Source: an uncultured Acidobacteriota bacterium (GTDB lineage Bacteria; Acidobacteriota; Thermoanaerobaculia; Multivoradales; UBA5704). Taken from it: a stretch of DNA of 64,000 nucleotides. The stretch lies in assembly GCA_963700145.1 (NCBI GenBank), contig OY969474.1:1920001-1984000 (forward strand), written 5' to 3'. The notes under the pieces are model-generated. The model had not been told where the DNA came from. It ran no database searches and worked only from the letters and a program-made list of their open reading frames with translations. The position numbers and the translations under genes are program-made. Below are positions 19,128 to 29,033 of this stretch, one piece after another (the first letter of the stretch is position 1; every line of letters starts with the position of its first letter).

Positions 19128-21197
19128 ATGACGCTTCCCCGCGCCATCCAGAGCAGCCTCGCGCGCGCCGACTACGCGGCGATCGAGGACGACTGGCTGG
19201 CCCGCCTGGGCCAGGACCCCGCCGATCTCGACTACTTCGTCGGCGTGGCGCGGGCGCTGGTCGGCACCGCCGAGGAGGAGCGCGCCCGGTTCCTCCTCGA
19301 GATGCTCGACGAGCAGCTCAAGGAGCGCGGCGCCTGGCGCCCCCGGCTCAAGCTCCTCGAGCGCGCCGGCAGCATCCTTTTCCCGCCCGAGGGGCTCCAC
19401 CCGGCGATCCTCCAGACCCTGGAGCGGCTGCACGGCGACCGCCCCAGCTTCCGCGGCCTCGCCGAGACGGTCGGGCTCCAGCGCGCCACCCACGACATCC
19501 CGAAGACCTGGGAGAAGATCGAGCGCCTGGAGACTCTCCTCGCCTTCGACATCGGGTCAGTGGTGACGATGGAGGGGAAAGGCGCCGGGCGGGTCGCCGA
19601 GGTCAACCTCGGCCTCGAGAGCTTCAAGGTGGCGTTCGAGCGCCAGACCCTGGCCGTCGGCTTCAAGGCGGCGCCCAAGCTGCTCAAGCCGCTGCCGCGG
19701 GAGCACGTCCTGCGCCGGAAGCTCGAGGAGCCCGCGGCCCTCGCCGCGCTGGCGCCGCCGGAGCTGCTGCGGGTCACTCTCCAGAGCCACGACCGGCCGC
19801 TCACCGCCGGCGAGGTGCGCGAGGCGCTGGCCGGCGTCGTGGCGGAAGCGCAGTGGACCTCCTGGTGGACGGCGGCGCGCAAACACCCGCAGGTGGTGGT
19901 GGCCGGCGCCGGCCGCCAGACCTACCGCTGGGCGGAGTCGAGCGGCGACGCCCAGACCGCGGCCTGGAGCGGCTTCGCGGCGGCCGAGCCGCGGCGGCAG
20001 CTCGAGCTGCTGCGGCGTGAGGGGGCGCGCGACCCCGAGCTGCGCCGCCGCATGGCCGAGCAACTGGCGGCGCTCGGCGACGAGGTGGCGGCCGTAGACC
20101 CCGGCCTCGCCTTCGAGATCTGGTACGCGCTCGAGAAGAGCGGCGGCGCGCCGGAAGGAGTCTCCTGGGCGCCGGAAACGATGCTCGCGGGCTCCGGGGA
20201 CCTCAAGCGCCTGCTGAGCGGCATCCAGGACCGGGCGCTGCGCGAGCGCGCCTACGCCATGGTGCGCGAGCGGCGGCCGGACTGGCCGGCGGTCTGGCGC
20301 GAGGCGCTCGGCAGCGAGACCGACCCGCGCGCCCTCGACCTCCTCGCCGACGGGCTGGCGCAGTCCGGGGACCCCGCCACCGCGCGCGAGCGGGAGCGCT
20401 TCTTCGATGCCCTCGTCACCCAGCCGCACAAGCAGCCGGCCGCCTTCACCTGGCTGGCCGAGCGGGCGGCGCGCGACGAGGTGCTGCGCACGCGCAACCC
20501 GCTCCGCCTGCTGCAGCAGATCCTGGCGTCGATGACCCGCGACGAGTTCGCGCCCTTCCGCACCCGTCTGGCCGTCCTCGCCGACTCGGGGTCCACCCTG
20601 GCGCGGCTCCTCCAGCACCTGACGGCGGAGCAGGCGCCGCAGGCCGAGGACGCGGTGCACCGCGCTCCCATGCTCCAGCCCTACCAGCGCGAGCAGCTCA
20701 CCAACGCCATCCAGCTCCGCTTCCCGGCGCAACGCAAGGAGACCGCCGTCCCGCTCTACGCCACGCGCGCGGCGATCGAGGCCAAGAGCGCCGAGCTGCA
20801 GCAGCTGATGGCGGTCGAGATCCCCGCCAACCGCAAGGCGATCGAGGAGGCGCGCGCCATGGGCGACCTGCGCGAGAACTTCGAGTACAAGGCCGCCCGC
20901 CAGCGCCACGAGTACCTGAACTCGCGGGCCGCGACGCTCAACGCCGAGCTGGCGCGCGTCCGCCCGATCGACGTGCCGCCGGGAGAAGCGTCGGAGGTGC
21001 GCATCGGCACCCGCGTGCGCCTCGACGGCGGCCGCCTCCTCACCATCCTCGGCCCCTGGGAGAGCAAGCCCGAGGAGGACGTCATCTCCTACGAATCCGA
21101 CCTGGCGAAGGAGCTCCTCGGCCGCAAGGTGGGGGACGAGGTGCGGCTCGCCGGCGCCGCCTACCGGATCAGCGCTATCGCCAGCTATGAAGGCTGA
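19128..21197 (+). CDS. Large GreA/GreB-family transcription elongation factor with long N-terminal extension
   Basis: C-terminal IPANRKAIEEARAMGDLRENFEYKAAR...ILGPWES...ISYESDLAKELLG. Confidence 0.85.
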   Translation: MTLPRAIQSSLARADYAAIEDDWLARLGQDPADLDYFVGVARALVGTAEEERARFLLEMLDEQLKERGAWRPRLKLLERAGSILFPPEGLHPAILQTLERLHGDRPSFRGLAETVGLQRATHDIPKTWEKIERLETLLAFDIGSVVTMEGKGAGRVAEVNLGLESFKVAFERQTLAVGFKAAPKLLKPLPREHVLRRKLEEPAALAALAPPELLRVTLQSHDRPLTAGEVREALAGVVAEAQWTSWWTAARKHPQVVVAGAGRQTYRWAESSGDAQTAAWSGFAAAEPRRQLELLRREGARDPELRRRMAEQLAALGDEVAAVDPGLAFEIWYALEKSGGAPEGVSWAPETMLAGSGDLKRLLSGIQDRALRERAYAMVRERRPDWPAVWREALGSETDPRALDLLADGLAQSGDPATARERERFFDALVTQPHKQPAAFTWLAERAARDEVLRTRNPLRLLQQILASMTRDEFAPFRTRLAVLADSGSTLARLLQHLTAEQAPQAEDAVHRAPMLQPYQREQLTNAIQLRFPAQRKETAVPLYATRAAIEAKSAELQQLMAVEIPANRKAIEEARAMGDLRENFEYKAARQRHEYLNSRAATLNAELARVRPIDVPPGEASEVRIGTRVRLDGGRLLTILGPWESKPEEDVISYESDLAKELLGRKVGDEVRLAGAAYRISAIASYEG

Positions 21198-21231
21198 GGA
21201 CCGTCGCTGACGATCACCTCGAGGGCGGTTC

Positions 21232-21999
21232 CTAGTCGTCGAGGTTCACACCACCGCTCGAGCCACTCGCGTCGAAATCCGTCAGCTTGCCGTCGACAAA
21301 GCGAAGCGTCTTGGGCGCTCCCATGCCAGGAGTTGCGGTCGAAACTCCCCAGAAGCCGATCTTCATTCCCTTGTTCTGGCGCATGGTCCAGATCTCGACC
21401 GGCTTACCCTTTTCCTCCGCTTCGCGAACACTCTCCGGAGAGCCTGTGATGTAGAACACTTGCCGCTTCGTCATGCCCTTCTGGAGCTGCCGTCGGCTGA
21501 TGGCCTCTTTGACCTCGGCTGGCCAATCCGGGTGTTCGTCTTGGAGCGGCACACGAGAGAAGGCGCGGTCGGCAGCCTTCTTGAAATCGTCCAGGCTGTG
21601 GATGCCGACGAACTTGATGACCGTGTCATTCCCGTCGGTGCTGCCGATGCCCTCGAGCTCGATTTCGACCGTGTCGTCGTCGAATTCCATCTCGTCGAGC
21701 TGCATCGTGTCGTTCGGGCCGACTCCCCAGTAGGTGCTCTGGGCGTGGTACCAGCCCGCCGAAAAACCGGTCTCACCGTCGGTGTTGATACCGGTAGGCG
21801 AGACCTCTACGAGGGGAGACATGTAGGTCCCCATCGGGTGTCTTCCTGTTGCACAAGGAACGTCAATCCTGAGATGGAGCGGACCAGCAAGGTACGCCTT
21901 GGCTTCCTTGCGTTCCGCCTTGGCAATCTGGGCGTCCAGCGGTGTGACAGCTGCCAGCCCAATGATCGCCAGAAAAGCTACCGCGAGAGGTCCACGCAT
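21232..21999 (-). CDS. Secreted hypothetical protein (lower GC), SmpA/OmlA-like C-terminal motif
   Basis: Signal peptide MRGPLAVAFLAIIGLAAVTPLDA; GMTKRQV...GSP...EIW...LRFVDGKL; SD GAGGAG. Confidence 0.7.
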   Translation of the reverse strand: MRGPLAVAFLAIIGLAAVTPLDAQIAKAERKEAKAYLAGPLHLRIDVPCATGRHPMGTYMSPLVEVSPTGINTDGETGFSAGWYHAQSTYWGVGPNDTMQLDEMEFDDDTVEIELEGIGSTDGNDTVIKFVGIHSLDDFKKAADRAFSRVPLQDEHPDWPAEVKEAISRRQLQKGMTKRQVFYITGSPESVREAEEKGKPVEIWTMRQNKGMKIGFWGVSTATPGMGAPKTLRFVDGKLTDFDASGSSGGVNLDD

Positions 22000-22129
22000 C
22001 GTGTTCTCCTCATGATTATCGAGCTCGGATGGTTTTTTCGTATTCGGCAAGAGCCTACCGGGTCCCTGGAAGATGGGCTAATAGAGATATAGAGACCATC
22101 GATCCACGTTGACTGACGCCCGAACCGGC

Positions 22130-22171
22130 TTGACAGGACCCGATGACCGCTGTACCGTTACAGCAGTACAC
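22130..22171 (+). promoter_or_regulatory. Sigma70-like promoter overlapped by a YtrA/GntR-type operator
   Basis: TTGACA (22130-22135), 17 bp, TACCGT; palindrome TGTAC-N10-GTACA (22151-22170) immediately before the gntR start. Confidence 0.6.
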
Positions 22172-22173
22172 CG

Positions 22174-22560
22174 ATGCCGCTCCTCCGCGTAGACCCCGCC
22201 GACCCGCGTCCGATCTGGCGTCAGATCGAGGAGGGGGTGCAGAACCTCGTCGCCGCCCGGCGGCTCGCCCCCGGCGATCCCGTCCCGTCGGTCCGCGACC
22301 TGGCGCGCGAGCTCCAGGTCAACCCCGGCACGGTCGCCAAGGCCTACCAGCGGCTGGTGGACGGCGGGGTCCTGGCGGTGCGGCGCGGCGAGGGCACCTA
22401 CGTCGCCGAGGCGCCGGAGACGGGCGACGGCCAGCGGGCGCGGCGCCTCGGCGAGGGCGCGGCCCGCTACGCCAGCGTCGCCGCGACTCTCGGCGCCACC
22501 CGCGGCGAGGCGGTCGAACGCCTGCGGCAGGCCTGGACCACACTCGAGCGAGGGAGCTAA
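22174..22560 (+). CDS. GntR (YtrA subfamily) transcriptional regulator
   Basis: PIWRQI, PSVRDLARELQVNPGTVAKAYQRL, RRGEGTYV; short C-terminus. Confidence 0.93.
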   Translation: MPLLRVDPADPRPIWRQIEEGVQNLVAARRLAPGDPVPSVRDLARELQVNPGTVAKAYQRLVDGGVLAVRRGEGTYVAEAPETGDGQRARRLGEGAARYASVAATLGATRGEAVERLRQAWTTLERGS

Positions 22561-22563
22561 GAC

Positions 22564-23322
22564 ATGGCTGCGATCGAGCTGCGCGATCTCGGAGTGCGCT
22601 ACGGCCGCCGCACCGCGCTGGCGGAGGTCTCGCTGGCGGTGCCGGAGCGGGAGGTCTGCGCGGTCCTGGGGCGGAACGGCGCGGGCAAGACCTCGCTCGT
22701 CCGCTGCCTCCTCGGCCAGCAGCGGCCGAGCGGCGGGGAGGTCCGGCTGCTCGGGGAGGAACCCTGGCGGGCGCGGGCGCGGCTGATGGACCGGGTCGGC
22801 GTCGTGCCGGAGGTCCCGGACGCCCCGCCGGGCCTCAGCGCGAAGGAGCTCTCGACCCTCCTCCGCCGCGCCCACCGCCGCTGGGACGACGCCGCTGTGC
22901 GCGCGCGGCTGGAGCGCTTCGGCGTGCCGCTCGGCCAGCCTTTCGGGCGTCTGTCGCGCGGCCAGAAGACCCTCGTCCAGCTCGCGCTGGCGCTCGGCCA
23001 CGAGCCCGAGCTCCTGGTGCTCGACGACCCCACGCTCGGGCTCGACGCCCTCGCCCGCCGCGCCGTGCTCGAGGAGCTGGTCGGCGAGCTGGCCGACCGC
23101 GGCGTCACGGTCTTCCTGACCACCCACGACCTGCCGGGCGTCGAGCGGATCGCCGACCGCGTCGCGGTGCTGCGCGACGGGCGGCTCCTCCTCGCCGAGG
23201 AGCTCGAGCCGCTCAAGGAGCGCTACCGGCGGCGCGCCGCCTCGCCGCTCGAGGTGGTGCCGCTGACCCTCGAAGAGATCTTCGTCTCGCTGCACGACAC
23301 GCCCGCGGAGGTCCACCCATGA
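22564..23322 (+). CDS. ABC transporter ATP-binding protein
   Basis: GRNGAGKT, LSRGQ, LVLDDPTLGLD, TTH. Confidence 0.92.
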   Translation: MAAIELRDLGVRYGRRTALAEVSLAVPEREVCAVLGRNGAGKTSLVRCLLGQQRPSGGEVRLLGEEPWRARARLMDRVGVVPEVPDAPPGLSAKELSTLLRRAHRRWDDAAVRARLERFGVPLGQPFGRLSRGQKTLVQLALALGHEPELLVLDDPTLGLDALARRAVLEELVGELADRGVTVFLTTHDLPGVERIADRVAVLRDGRLLLAEELEPLKERYRRRAASPLEVVPLTLEEIFVSLHDTPAEVHP

Positions 23323-25169
23323 GCGCGGTCCTCGCCCTCGCCGCCGCCGAGCTGCGCCAGCGGCGGCTGCTCCTCGCCGCCTCGGCGCTGCTGGGTCTCC
23401 TCGCGCTGGCGGCGCCGCTCCTCGATTCGCCCCCCGTGAGCCGACCCGGCGAGCTGCGGGCGGCGACGGCCCTCGTCATCCTCGCGCTCTGGACGACGCT
23501 CCTGGCGCTGATCACCGGCGCCACGGCGCTGGCCGGCGAGATGGCCGACCGGCGGCTCGGCTTCTACCTGGCGCGGCCCTTCTCCACCTGGAAGCTCTGG
23601 GCGGGGAAGATGGGAGCGGCGGTGCTGCTGCCGCTGCTCGCCGGGGCGCTGGTCGTCCTGCCGGCGGCGCTCGCGGGCGCGCCCGTGGCCGCGATGTTCG
23701 AAGGCATCGTCGGGCGCCGGCCGGCGCTCGCGACCGCTCTCGCCGCGGCCACCGTCGTGGCGCTGGTCGCCTTCTCGCACGCGGCGGCCATCGCGCTGCG
23801 GTCGCGCCGGGCGTGGCTGCTGCTCGATCTCGCTGCGCTCGCGGTCGGCGCGGCGCTCGTCGTCGAGGCGGTGACGGTCCTCCGCCGCGCGTTCGTCCCG
23901 CAGGCGGTCACGGCGGGCGCAAACGCGCTGACCGCGCTGGCCTTCGTCGCGCTGCTCGCCGCCGGCGCCCTGGCGGTCCACCGCGGACGCGGTGACTTGG
24001 CGGCGGCGCATCGCACGCTCTCGCTGGTGCTCTGGCCGCCGGTGCTCGCCGGGGCCCTCGGCTTTCTACTCTTCGCCGGCTGGGTCGTCGGCGCGCCGAT
24101 CGACAGCCTGGAATCGCCCATGGTGTGGACCGCGCAGGGGCGCGTCTCCTGGGTGGTCGTCCACGGCGCGGCGGCGCACCGCTTCGGCTACCGACCTTTC
24201 TTCCTGTTCGACGCCGCGACCGGCCGATCGGTCCGGATGGGGGCGGACGGGTTCTCCTGGCCCGCGTTCGCGGCGGACGGCTCGCGCGCTGTCTGGCTCA
24301 CCGAGCCGGAGGAACGGAGCCCGGAGGCCTGGAGCCTCGACCTGGCGCGCGCGGACGCGCGGCCACGGCGCACGCCGATCGCGCTCGCCGGTTGGCCGCA
24401 GTGGCTGGAGCTCTCGCCCAGCGGCGGGCGGCTGGCGATCCTCCAGCACGAGCGCCTCCTCGTCTATGGGGTCGCCGACGGGCGTTTGCTCGCTGCGGTG
24501 CGGCTGGCGCCGTCGGGCGAGCGGCGGCTCGCCTTCCTCGACGAAGACCGGGTGCGGCTGGTGGAAAGACAGTCACGCGCGAAGGGCTTCGCCGTCTCCG
24601 ATCTGGCGATCGGCGGCCGCCTGGAGCCGCGAGGACGGTTCGAAACGCCGGAGGGCGCCCGCGGGGAGGTGAGCCCGCAGGGGGACCGCCTCCTCGTGAG
24701 GATTGTGCCGACCGCTCCCGGAAGGCCCGCCGGCATCCGGCTCTACGCCCTCCCCGGCGGCGAGGTCCTGGCGTCGCTGCCGCCCCATCCCGGCCGCGCG
24801 GTCTCCTTCTTGGCCGATGGACGTCTGGTGCTGCACCGGCACGGGGATGGAGGACAGCATCTCCGCACGCTCTCCGCCGACGGCAGGCAGGAATGGAGCT
24901 GGCGGTTCCCCGGCGCCGTGCTCATTCACCTCGGCGGGCAGCCCGAGCCCCACACGCTCCTGGTGGGCACCTCCGCCGGCGAGGTCCGCACGGTCTACCG
25001 TCTCGACCTTGGCACCGGGCGCAGGGTGGAGCTGGGCCGCGGTCTCCTGCCCGTCGCGAACCCCGAGACATCCGGCCCGGCCGCCCGCCTCTTCACGACC
25101 GCGGACGGCTCCGTCGTCGAGATCGCCGCGGACGGCGCCCGGCGCGCCGTCCTGCCGCGCCGCGACTAA
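23319..25169 (+). CDS. ABC-type permease-like membrane protein with C-terminal beta-propeller-like domain
   Basis: Multiple TM helices, E...R..FYLARP...LW.GK permease motif, repeated SPxG motifs; ATGA overlap with the ATPase. Confidence 0.7.
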   Translation: MSAVLALAAAELRQRRLLLAASALLGLLALAAPLLDSPPVSRPGELRAATALVILALWTTLLALITGATALAGEMADRRLGFYLARPFSTWKLWAGKMGAAVLLPLLAGALVVLPAALAGAPVAAMFEGIVGRRPALATALAAATVVALVAFSHAAAIALRSRRAWLLLDLAALAVGAALVVEAVTVLRRAFVPQAVTAGANALTALAFVALLAAGALAVHRGRGDLAAAHRTLSLVLWPPVLAGALGFLLFAGWVVGAPIDSLESPMVWTAQGRVSWVVVHGAAAHRFGYRPFFLFDAATGRSVRMGADGFSWPAFAADGSRAVWLTEPEERSPEAWSLDLARADARPRRTPIALAGWPQWLELSPSGGRLAILQHERLLVYGVADGRLLAAVRLAPSGERRLAFLDEDRVRLVERQSRAKGFAVSDLAIGGRLEPRGRFETPEGARGEVSPQGDRLLVRIVPTAPGRPAGIRLYALPGGEVLASLPPHPGRAVSFLADGRLVLHRHGDGGQHLRTLSADGRQEWSWRFPGAVLIHLGGQPEPHTLLVGTSAGEVRTVYRLDLGTGRRVELGRGLLPVANPETSGPAARLFTTADGSVVEIAADGARRAVLPRRD

Positions 25170-25172
25170 GGC

Positions 25173-26936
25173 TCAGTTGGCGCCGGCCCGCGCCTTGGCG
25201 GTCGAGGCGACCTGCGCCGGCGGCAGCTCGACGCGCTCGCCGTAGTAGACGAGGAGGCCGGCGACGATCGCCTCGGCCACCTTCTGGCGGTAGGCGCGGG
25301 TCTGGAGCAGGCGCCGGTCTTCCTCGTTGGCGAGGTTGCAGACCTCCAGGAGCGCCTTGGCGGGGACGACGTTGTAGCGCAGCACCGCCGGCACCCACTG
25401 GCTGCGCTCGCGGATGATCTTGTCGCGCACCGGCTTGAAGGGGTGGACCGCGAGGCCGCCGGCGGCGAAGGCGTCCACGACGCGTTGCGCCAGCTCGCGC
25501 GACAGGCCCTCGCTCTTCACCCGCTCCTCCCACGGGAACTCGACGCTCGGGCTCTCCTGCACCTCGCGCCGCGCGGTGTAGACGGCCGAGGACTTGCCGT
25601 AGCTCTCCTGGCGCATGCTGGCGGCGGGGATGTAGGCCATGACGCCGCGCAGCGAGGGGTGGAGCGAGTCGGCGTGGATCGAGAGGAAGACGACCTTCTC
25701 GGGGCCGGCGTCGGCGGCGAGCGCCCGGCGGTAGAGGCTATTGGCGAGGTACCAGCGGAGGTTGACGCCCACCGTCGGGTCTTCGATCGGATACGGCGGC
25801 GTGGTGAGCACCGCGTGGCGGCGGGAGAACGGCAGCACGTCGGTCTCGTGGATCTGGAAGCTCTCGCCGTCGCGCGTGGTGAGCGCCACCTGCGCCGCGG
25901 TGTGCGATTCGAGCAGGCGCTTGGCGCGCAGCACGATGTCGTAGACGTAGGTGCTCTCCCAGACGCCGGCCATCGTGGTGCCCGAGTCGCGGCCGCCGTG
26001 GCCGGCGTCGAGGATGACGGTGATGCCGGCGAGCCCCTTGGCCCGCACCTGGTTGCTGAAGCGGGCGCTGGCGGCCAGCTCGGCCTCGTACTCGCGCCGC
26101 CGCGGGTGCCCTTCGGGGAGAAACTCGGGAAGCAGGAGGTCGGCCGGGATCTTCACCCGGTAGCCGACGGGGATGTCGGTGACGTCGCGGATGCCGTTGC
26201 GCGCCGCGATCTCCGCCGCCAGGGCGTTGACGTCGGCACCGAAGACGCGGCCGGTGAAGCGCACGACGACGCTCGAGTAGAGTGCCTCGCCGGGGCGCAG
26301 GCGGTAGACCGCGTACTCGCCGCCGGCGTCCTTGCCGAAGTGCAGGCGGTGCCCCTCGGCCGCCGGCAGCGCGGCGCGGAAGGCCGGCAGCAGCAGCTCC
26401 GCCGGGACGATCACCGAGGCGCCGCTCGGCAGGTCCTCGTCGCCGAGCTCGTTGTACTCGCGGATGGCGCGGAAGTTCTCGCCGTTGCCGGTGAACCAGC
26501 GCGCCAGGTGCCAGAGGCTCTCGCGCTTGAGCGGCCCGACGCCGCGCACGGTGTGGCGCCAGCCGTCGGCCTCGGCGGCGTCGCGCGCGAAGAGGCGCTG
26601 CACGGCCTTGAGCTGGACGTCGGGAGCGAGCAGCTCGAACGGCACCCGGTAGCGGACGCCGACCTGCAGCTCCTCGCCGCCGCCGTTGGCCTTGGCGACC
26701 AGCGGCGCGCGCGCCGGGTCGCCGCAGAGGCGGCGGGTGAAGGCGAGCAGCCCCTCGCCGCGGCGCGGAGAGGCCTCGAGGCGGATCGTGTGGTCGTCGC
26801 CCAGGACGGCGGTGACGCCGTCCTCGAGCGGCGCGCGCAGCGGCCCCGCAGCCGCGGCCGCGACCGCCGCGAGCGGCAGGGCGAGCGCCGCGGCGAGCGC
26901 GATCGAGACCGCGTGCCGCCTGTAGATCGTCGCCAT
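25173..26936 (-). CDS. N-acetylmuramoyl-L-alanine amidase (Amidase_3) with LysM-like N-terminal modules
   Basis: VILDAGHGGRDSG, LSIHAD, LLEVCNL; signal peptide; YRLRPGE...IPVGYRVKIP LysM-like segments. Confidence 0.85.
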   Translation of the reverse strand: MATIYRRHAVSIALAAALALPLAAVAAAAAGPLRAPLEDGVTAVLGDDHTIRLEASPRRGEGLLAFTRRLCGDPARAPLVAKANGGGEELQVGVRYRVPFELLAPDVQLKAVQRLFARDAAEADGWRHTVRGVGPLKRESLWHLARWFTGNGENFRAIREYNELGDEDLPSGASVIVPAELLLPAFRAALPAAEGHRLHFGKDAGGEYAVYRLRPGEALYSSVVVRFTGRVFGADVNALAAEIAARNGIRDVTDIPVGYRVKIPADLLLPEFLPEGHPRRREYEAELAASARFSNQVRAKGLAGITVILDAGHGGRDSGTTMAGVWESTYVYDIVLRAKRLLESHTAAQVALTTRDGESFQIHETDVLPFSRRHAVLTTPPYPIEDPTVGVNLRWYLANSLYRRALAADAGPEKVVFLSIHADSLHPSLRGVMAYIPAASMRQESYGKSSAVYTARREVQESPSVEFPWEERVKSEGLSRELAQRVVDAFAAGGLAVHPFKPVRDKIIRERSQWVPAVLRYNVVPAKALLEVCNLANEEDRRLLQTRAYRQKVAEAIVAGLLVYYGERVELPPAQVASTAKARAGAN

Positions 26937-26952
26937 CGCCGCCGTCCCCCGC

Positions 26953-28455
26953 TCAGCCCGCCGGCGCCGCGATAGGCGCGCCCGCCGCCTCGGCGCCGCG
27001 GAAGCTCGGCGCCACCTGCCACCCGGCCTCGTGCTCGAAGGCGCGCGCGGCGCGGAAGACCGTCGCCTCGTCGAAGGGGCGCCCCATGATCTGGAGCGAC
27101 AGCGGCAGGCCCTCGTCGTCCGCTCCCGAAGGCACCGCCACGGCCGGCAGGCCGAGAAGGCTCGCCGGCGTGGTGAAGATGTCGGAGAGGTACATCGCCA
27201 GCGGGTCGTCCACCTTCTCGCCGAGCGCGAAGGCGCCGCCGGGCGCCGTCGGCGTGACCAGCAGGTCGACCTCCGCGAAGGCCGCCTCCACCTGCCGGCG
27301 CATCCCTTCGAGGACGCCGCGCGCCCGGCCGTAGTAGGCCTCGTAGTAGCCGGAGGAGAGGGCGAAGGTGCCGAGCATGATCCGGCGCTTGACCTCGGCT
27401 CCGAACCCCTCGCTGCGGCTGCGCAGGTAGAGGTCGAGGAGGTTCTCGGCCTCGGCGCGCCGGCCGTAGCGCACGCCGTCGAAGCGGGCGAGGTTGGCGG
27501 AAGCCTCGGAGGTGGCGATGACGTAGTAGACGGCGATCGCCGCGCCCAGGCTCGGCACCGAGACCTCGATCGGCTCGGCGCCGGCGCGCGCCAGGAGCTC
27601 GAGGGACTCGCGCCAGTTGCGCTGCGCCGCGGGGGCGAGGGCGCCGGCGTCGACCTCGCGCAGGATGCCGACGCGCAACCCGCGCACGCCTTCCTCGATC
27701 CCCGCCAGGTAGTCCTCGCCCGGACGGGCGGCGCAGGTCGAGTCGCGCGGGTCGGAGCCGGCGACGACCGAGAGCGCCAGGGCGGCGTCGCGCACGTCGC
27801 GCGCCACGGGGCCGATCTGGTCGGTCGAGGAGGCGAAGGCGACGAGGCCGTAGCGCGAGACGCGGCCCCAGGTCGGCTTGACGCCGACGACGCCGCACAG
27901 CGCCGCCGGCTGGCGCACCGAGCCGCCGGTGTCGGAGCCGAAGCCGAGCGCTGCGCTCCCCGCCGCCACCGCCGCCGCCGGGCCGCCGCTCGAGCCGCCG
28001 GGGACGCGCGCCAGGTTCCACGGGTTGCGCGTCTTGGCGTAGGCCGAGTTCTCGGTCGAGGAGCCCATCGCGAACTCGTCCATGTTGGCGCGGCCGAGGA
28101 CGACCGCCCCTTCGGCGAGCAGGCGCTCGACGGCGGTCGCGGTGTAGGGGGCGACGTAGCCGGCGAGGATCTTGGAGCCGCAGGTGAGCGGCTTGCCGGC
28201 GAGGCTCAGGTTGTCCTTGAGGACGATCGGGACGCCGGCGAGGCGGCCGGCCGGCTCGCCGGCGGCGAGGCGGCGGTCGAGGTCGGCGGCGGCGGCGCGC
28301 GCTTCTTCGTCGTAGACGGCGAGGTAGGCGGCGACCAGGGGCTCGACGCGGGCGGTGCGGCCGAGGGCGGAGGCGACGACTTCGGCGGCGGAGAGGTCGC
28401 GGGCGGCGACGCGACGGGCGATCTCTTCGGCGCCCAGCTCCCAGGGCTCAGGCAT
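26953..28455 (-). CDS. gatA: Asp/Glu-tRNA amidotransferase subunit A
   Basis: LKDN, NMDEFAMGSSTENS, PGGSSGG, GSDTGGSVRQPA, EVKRRIMLGT. Confidence 0.96.
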   Translation of the reverse strand: MPEPWELGAEEIARRVAARDLSAAEVVASALGRTARVEPLVAAYLAVYDEEARAAAADLDRRLAAGEPAGRLAGVPIVLKDNLSLAGKPLTCGSKILAGYVAPYTATAVERLLAEGAVVLGRANMDEFAMGSSTENSAYAKTRNPWNLARVPGGSSGGPAAAVAAGSAALGFGSDTGGSVRQPAALCGVVGVKPTWGRVSRYGLVAFASSTDQIGPVARDVRDAALALSVVAGSDPRDSTCAARPGEDYLAGIEEGVRGLRVGILREVDAGALAPAAQRNWRESLELLARAGAEPIEVSVPSLGAAIAVYYVIATSEASANLARFDGVRYGRRAEAENLLDLYLRSRSEGFGAEVKRRIMLGTFALSSGYYEAYYGRARGVLEGMRRQVEAAFAEVDLLVTPTAPGGAFALGEKVDDPLAMYLSDIFTTPASLLGLPAVAVPSGADDEGLPLSLQIMGRPFDEATVFRAARAFEHEAGWQVAPSFRGAEAAGAPIAAPAG

Positions 28456-28735
28456 CGCCGCTCCCCATGACGCCGGGGACGAGGAGCAGGCCGTCGAGGG
28501 CGGAGGGGGCGTTGGCGAGGAAGAGCTCGCGCGGCAGGGAGGGCTGGGGGAGGTCGGTAGCTTCGGGGGCGGGGGCGGAGGCCGGCGGTGGGTCGGCGCT
28601 CTCGTAGTGCGCGAGCTGGCCGATGTAGTCCACGATGGCGCCTAGCTGGCCGGCGAAGAGTGACTCCTCCTCCGGTGTGAGACGGAGGCGCGCCAGCGAG
28701 GCGATCTTCCTTACTTCGTCGACAGTTAGCGACAT
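28448..28735 (-). CDS. gatC: Asp/Glu-tRNA amidotransferase subunit C
   Basis: MSLTVDEVRKIASLARL...LANAP....LLVPGV directly upstream of gatA. Confidence 0.9.
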   Translation of the reverse strand: MSLTVDEVRKIASLARLRLTPEEESLFAGQLGAIVDYIGQLAHYESADPPPASAPAPEATDLPQPSLPRELFLANAPSALDGLLLVPGVMGSGDA

Positions 28736-28764
28736 AGACCTGACGTGGAATGTTAACAGAAGGG

Positions 28765-28793
28765 GGAAGAAGGAAAGGCTCGCTTCGGCGGCC
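28765..28793 (-). terminator. Putative intrinsic terminator after the ncRNA
   Basis: Minus strand GGCCGCCGAAGCGAGCC hairpin followed by TTTCCTTCTT. Confidence 0.45.
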
Positions 28794-28798
28794 GTTCC

Positions 28799-28980
28799 GG
28801 TGTGGGGCCCCGGAGGCTCTCCTGCGCGCCGTGCGCTCCCTTGATGACCGCGCTTCGCGTGCCGGTTCAGGGGCGCCGTGCCGACAGACAAAGCGTTGGC
28901 TCCGGCGCCTCGCATGGTGGCCTGCGACGGGGAGCGGTCAGGAGCGCCCGGTGCTCCGGAGACCTCCGGGACCTGGCACC
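28799..28980 (-). ncRNA. ssrS: Putative 6S RNA (long rod-like structured RNA)
   Basis: About 180-nt nested pairing: GGTG..CCCGGAGG-TCTCC with GGAGA-CCTCCGGG..CACC, GCGCTCC/GGAGCGC, TGACCGC/GCGGTCA, a central bubble containing CCTGAACC, and GGCGCCG/CGGCGCC. Strand inferred. Confidence 0.55.
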
Positions 28981-29033
28981 GACGGTGCCCTACCAACCAC
29001 TTATCCCGACCTACCGCTTATCCCCACCTACCC

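Noticed and set aside
28996-29032. Short duplicated CTTATCCC..CCTACC motif
   Set aside because: Only two imperfect copies; too little to assign a function.
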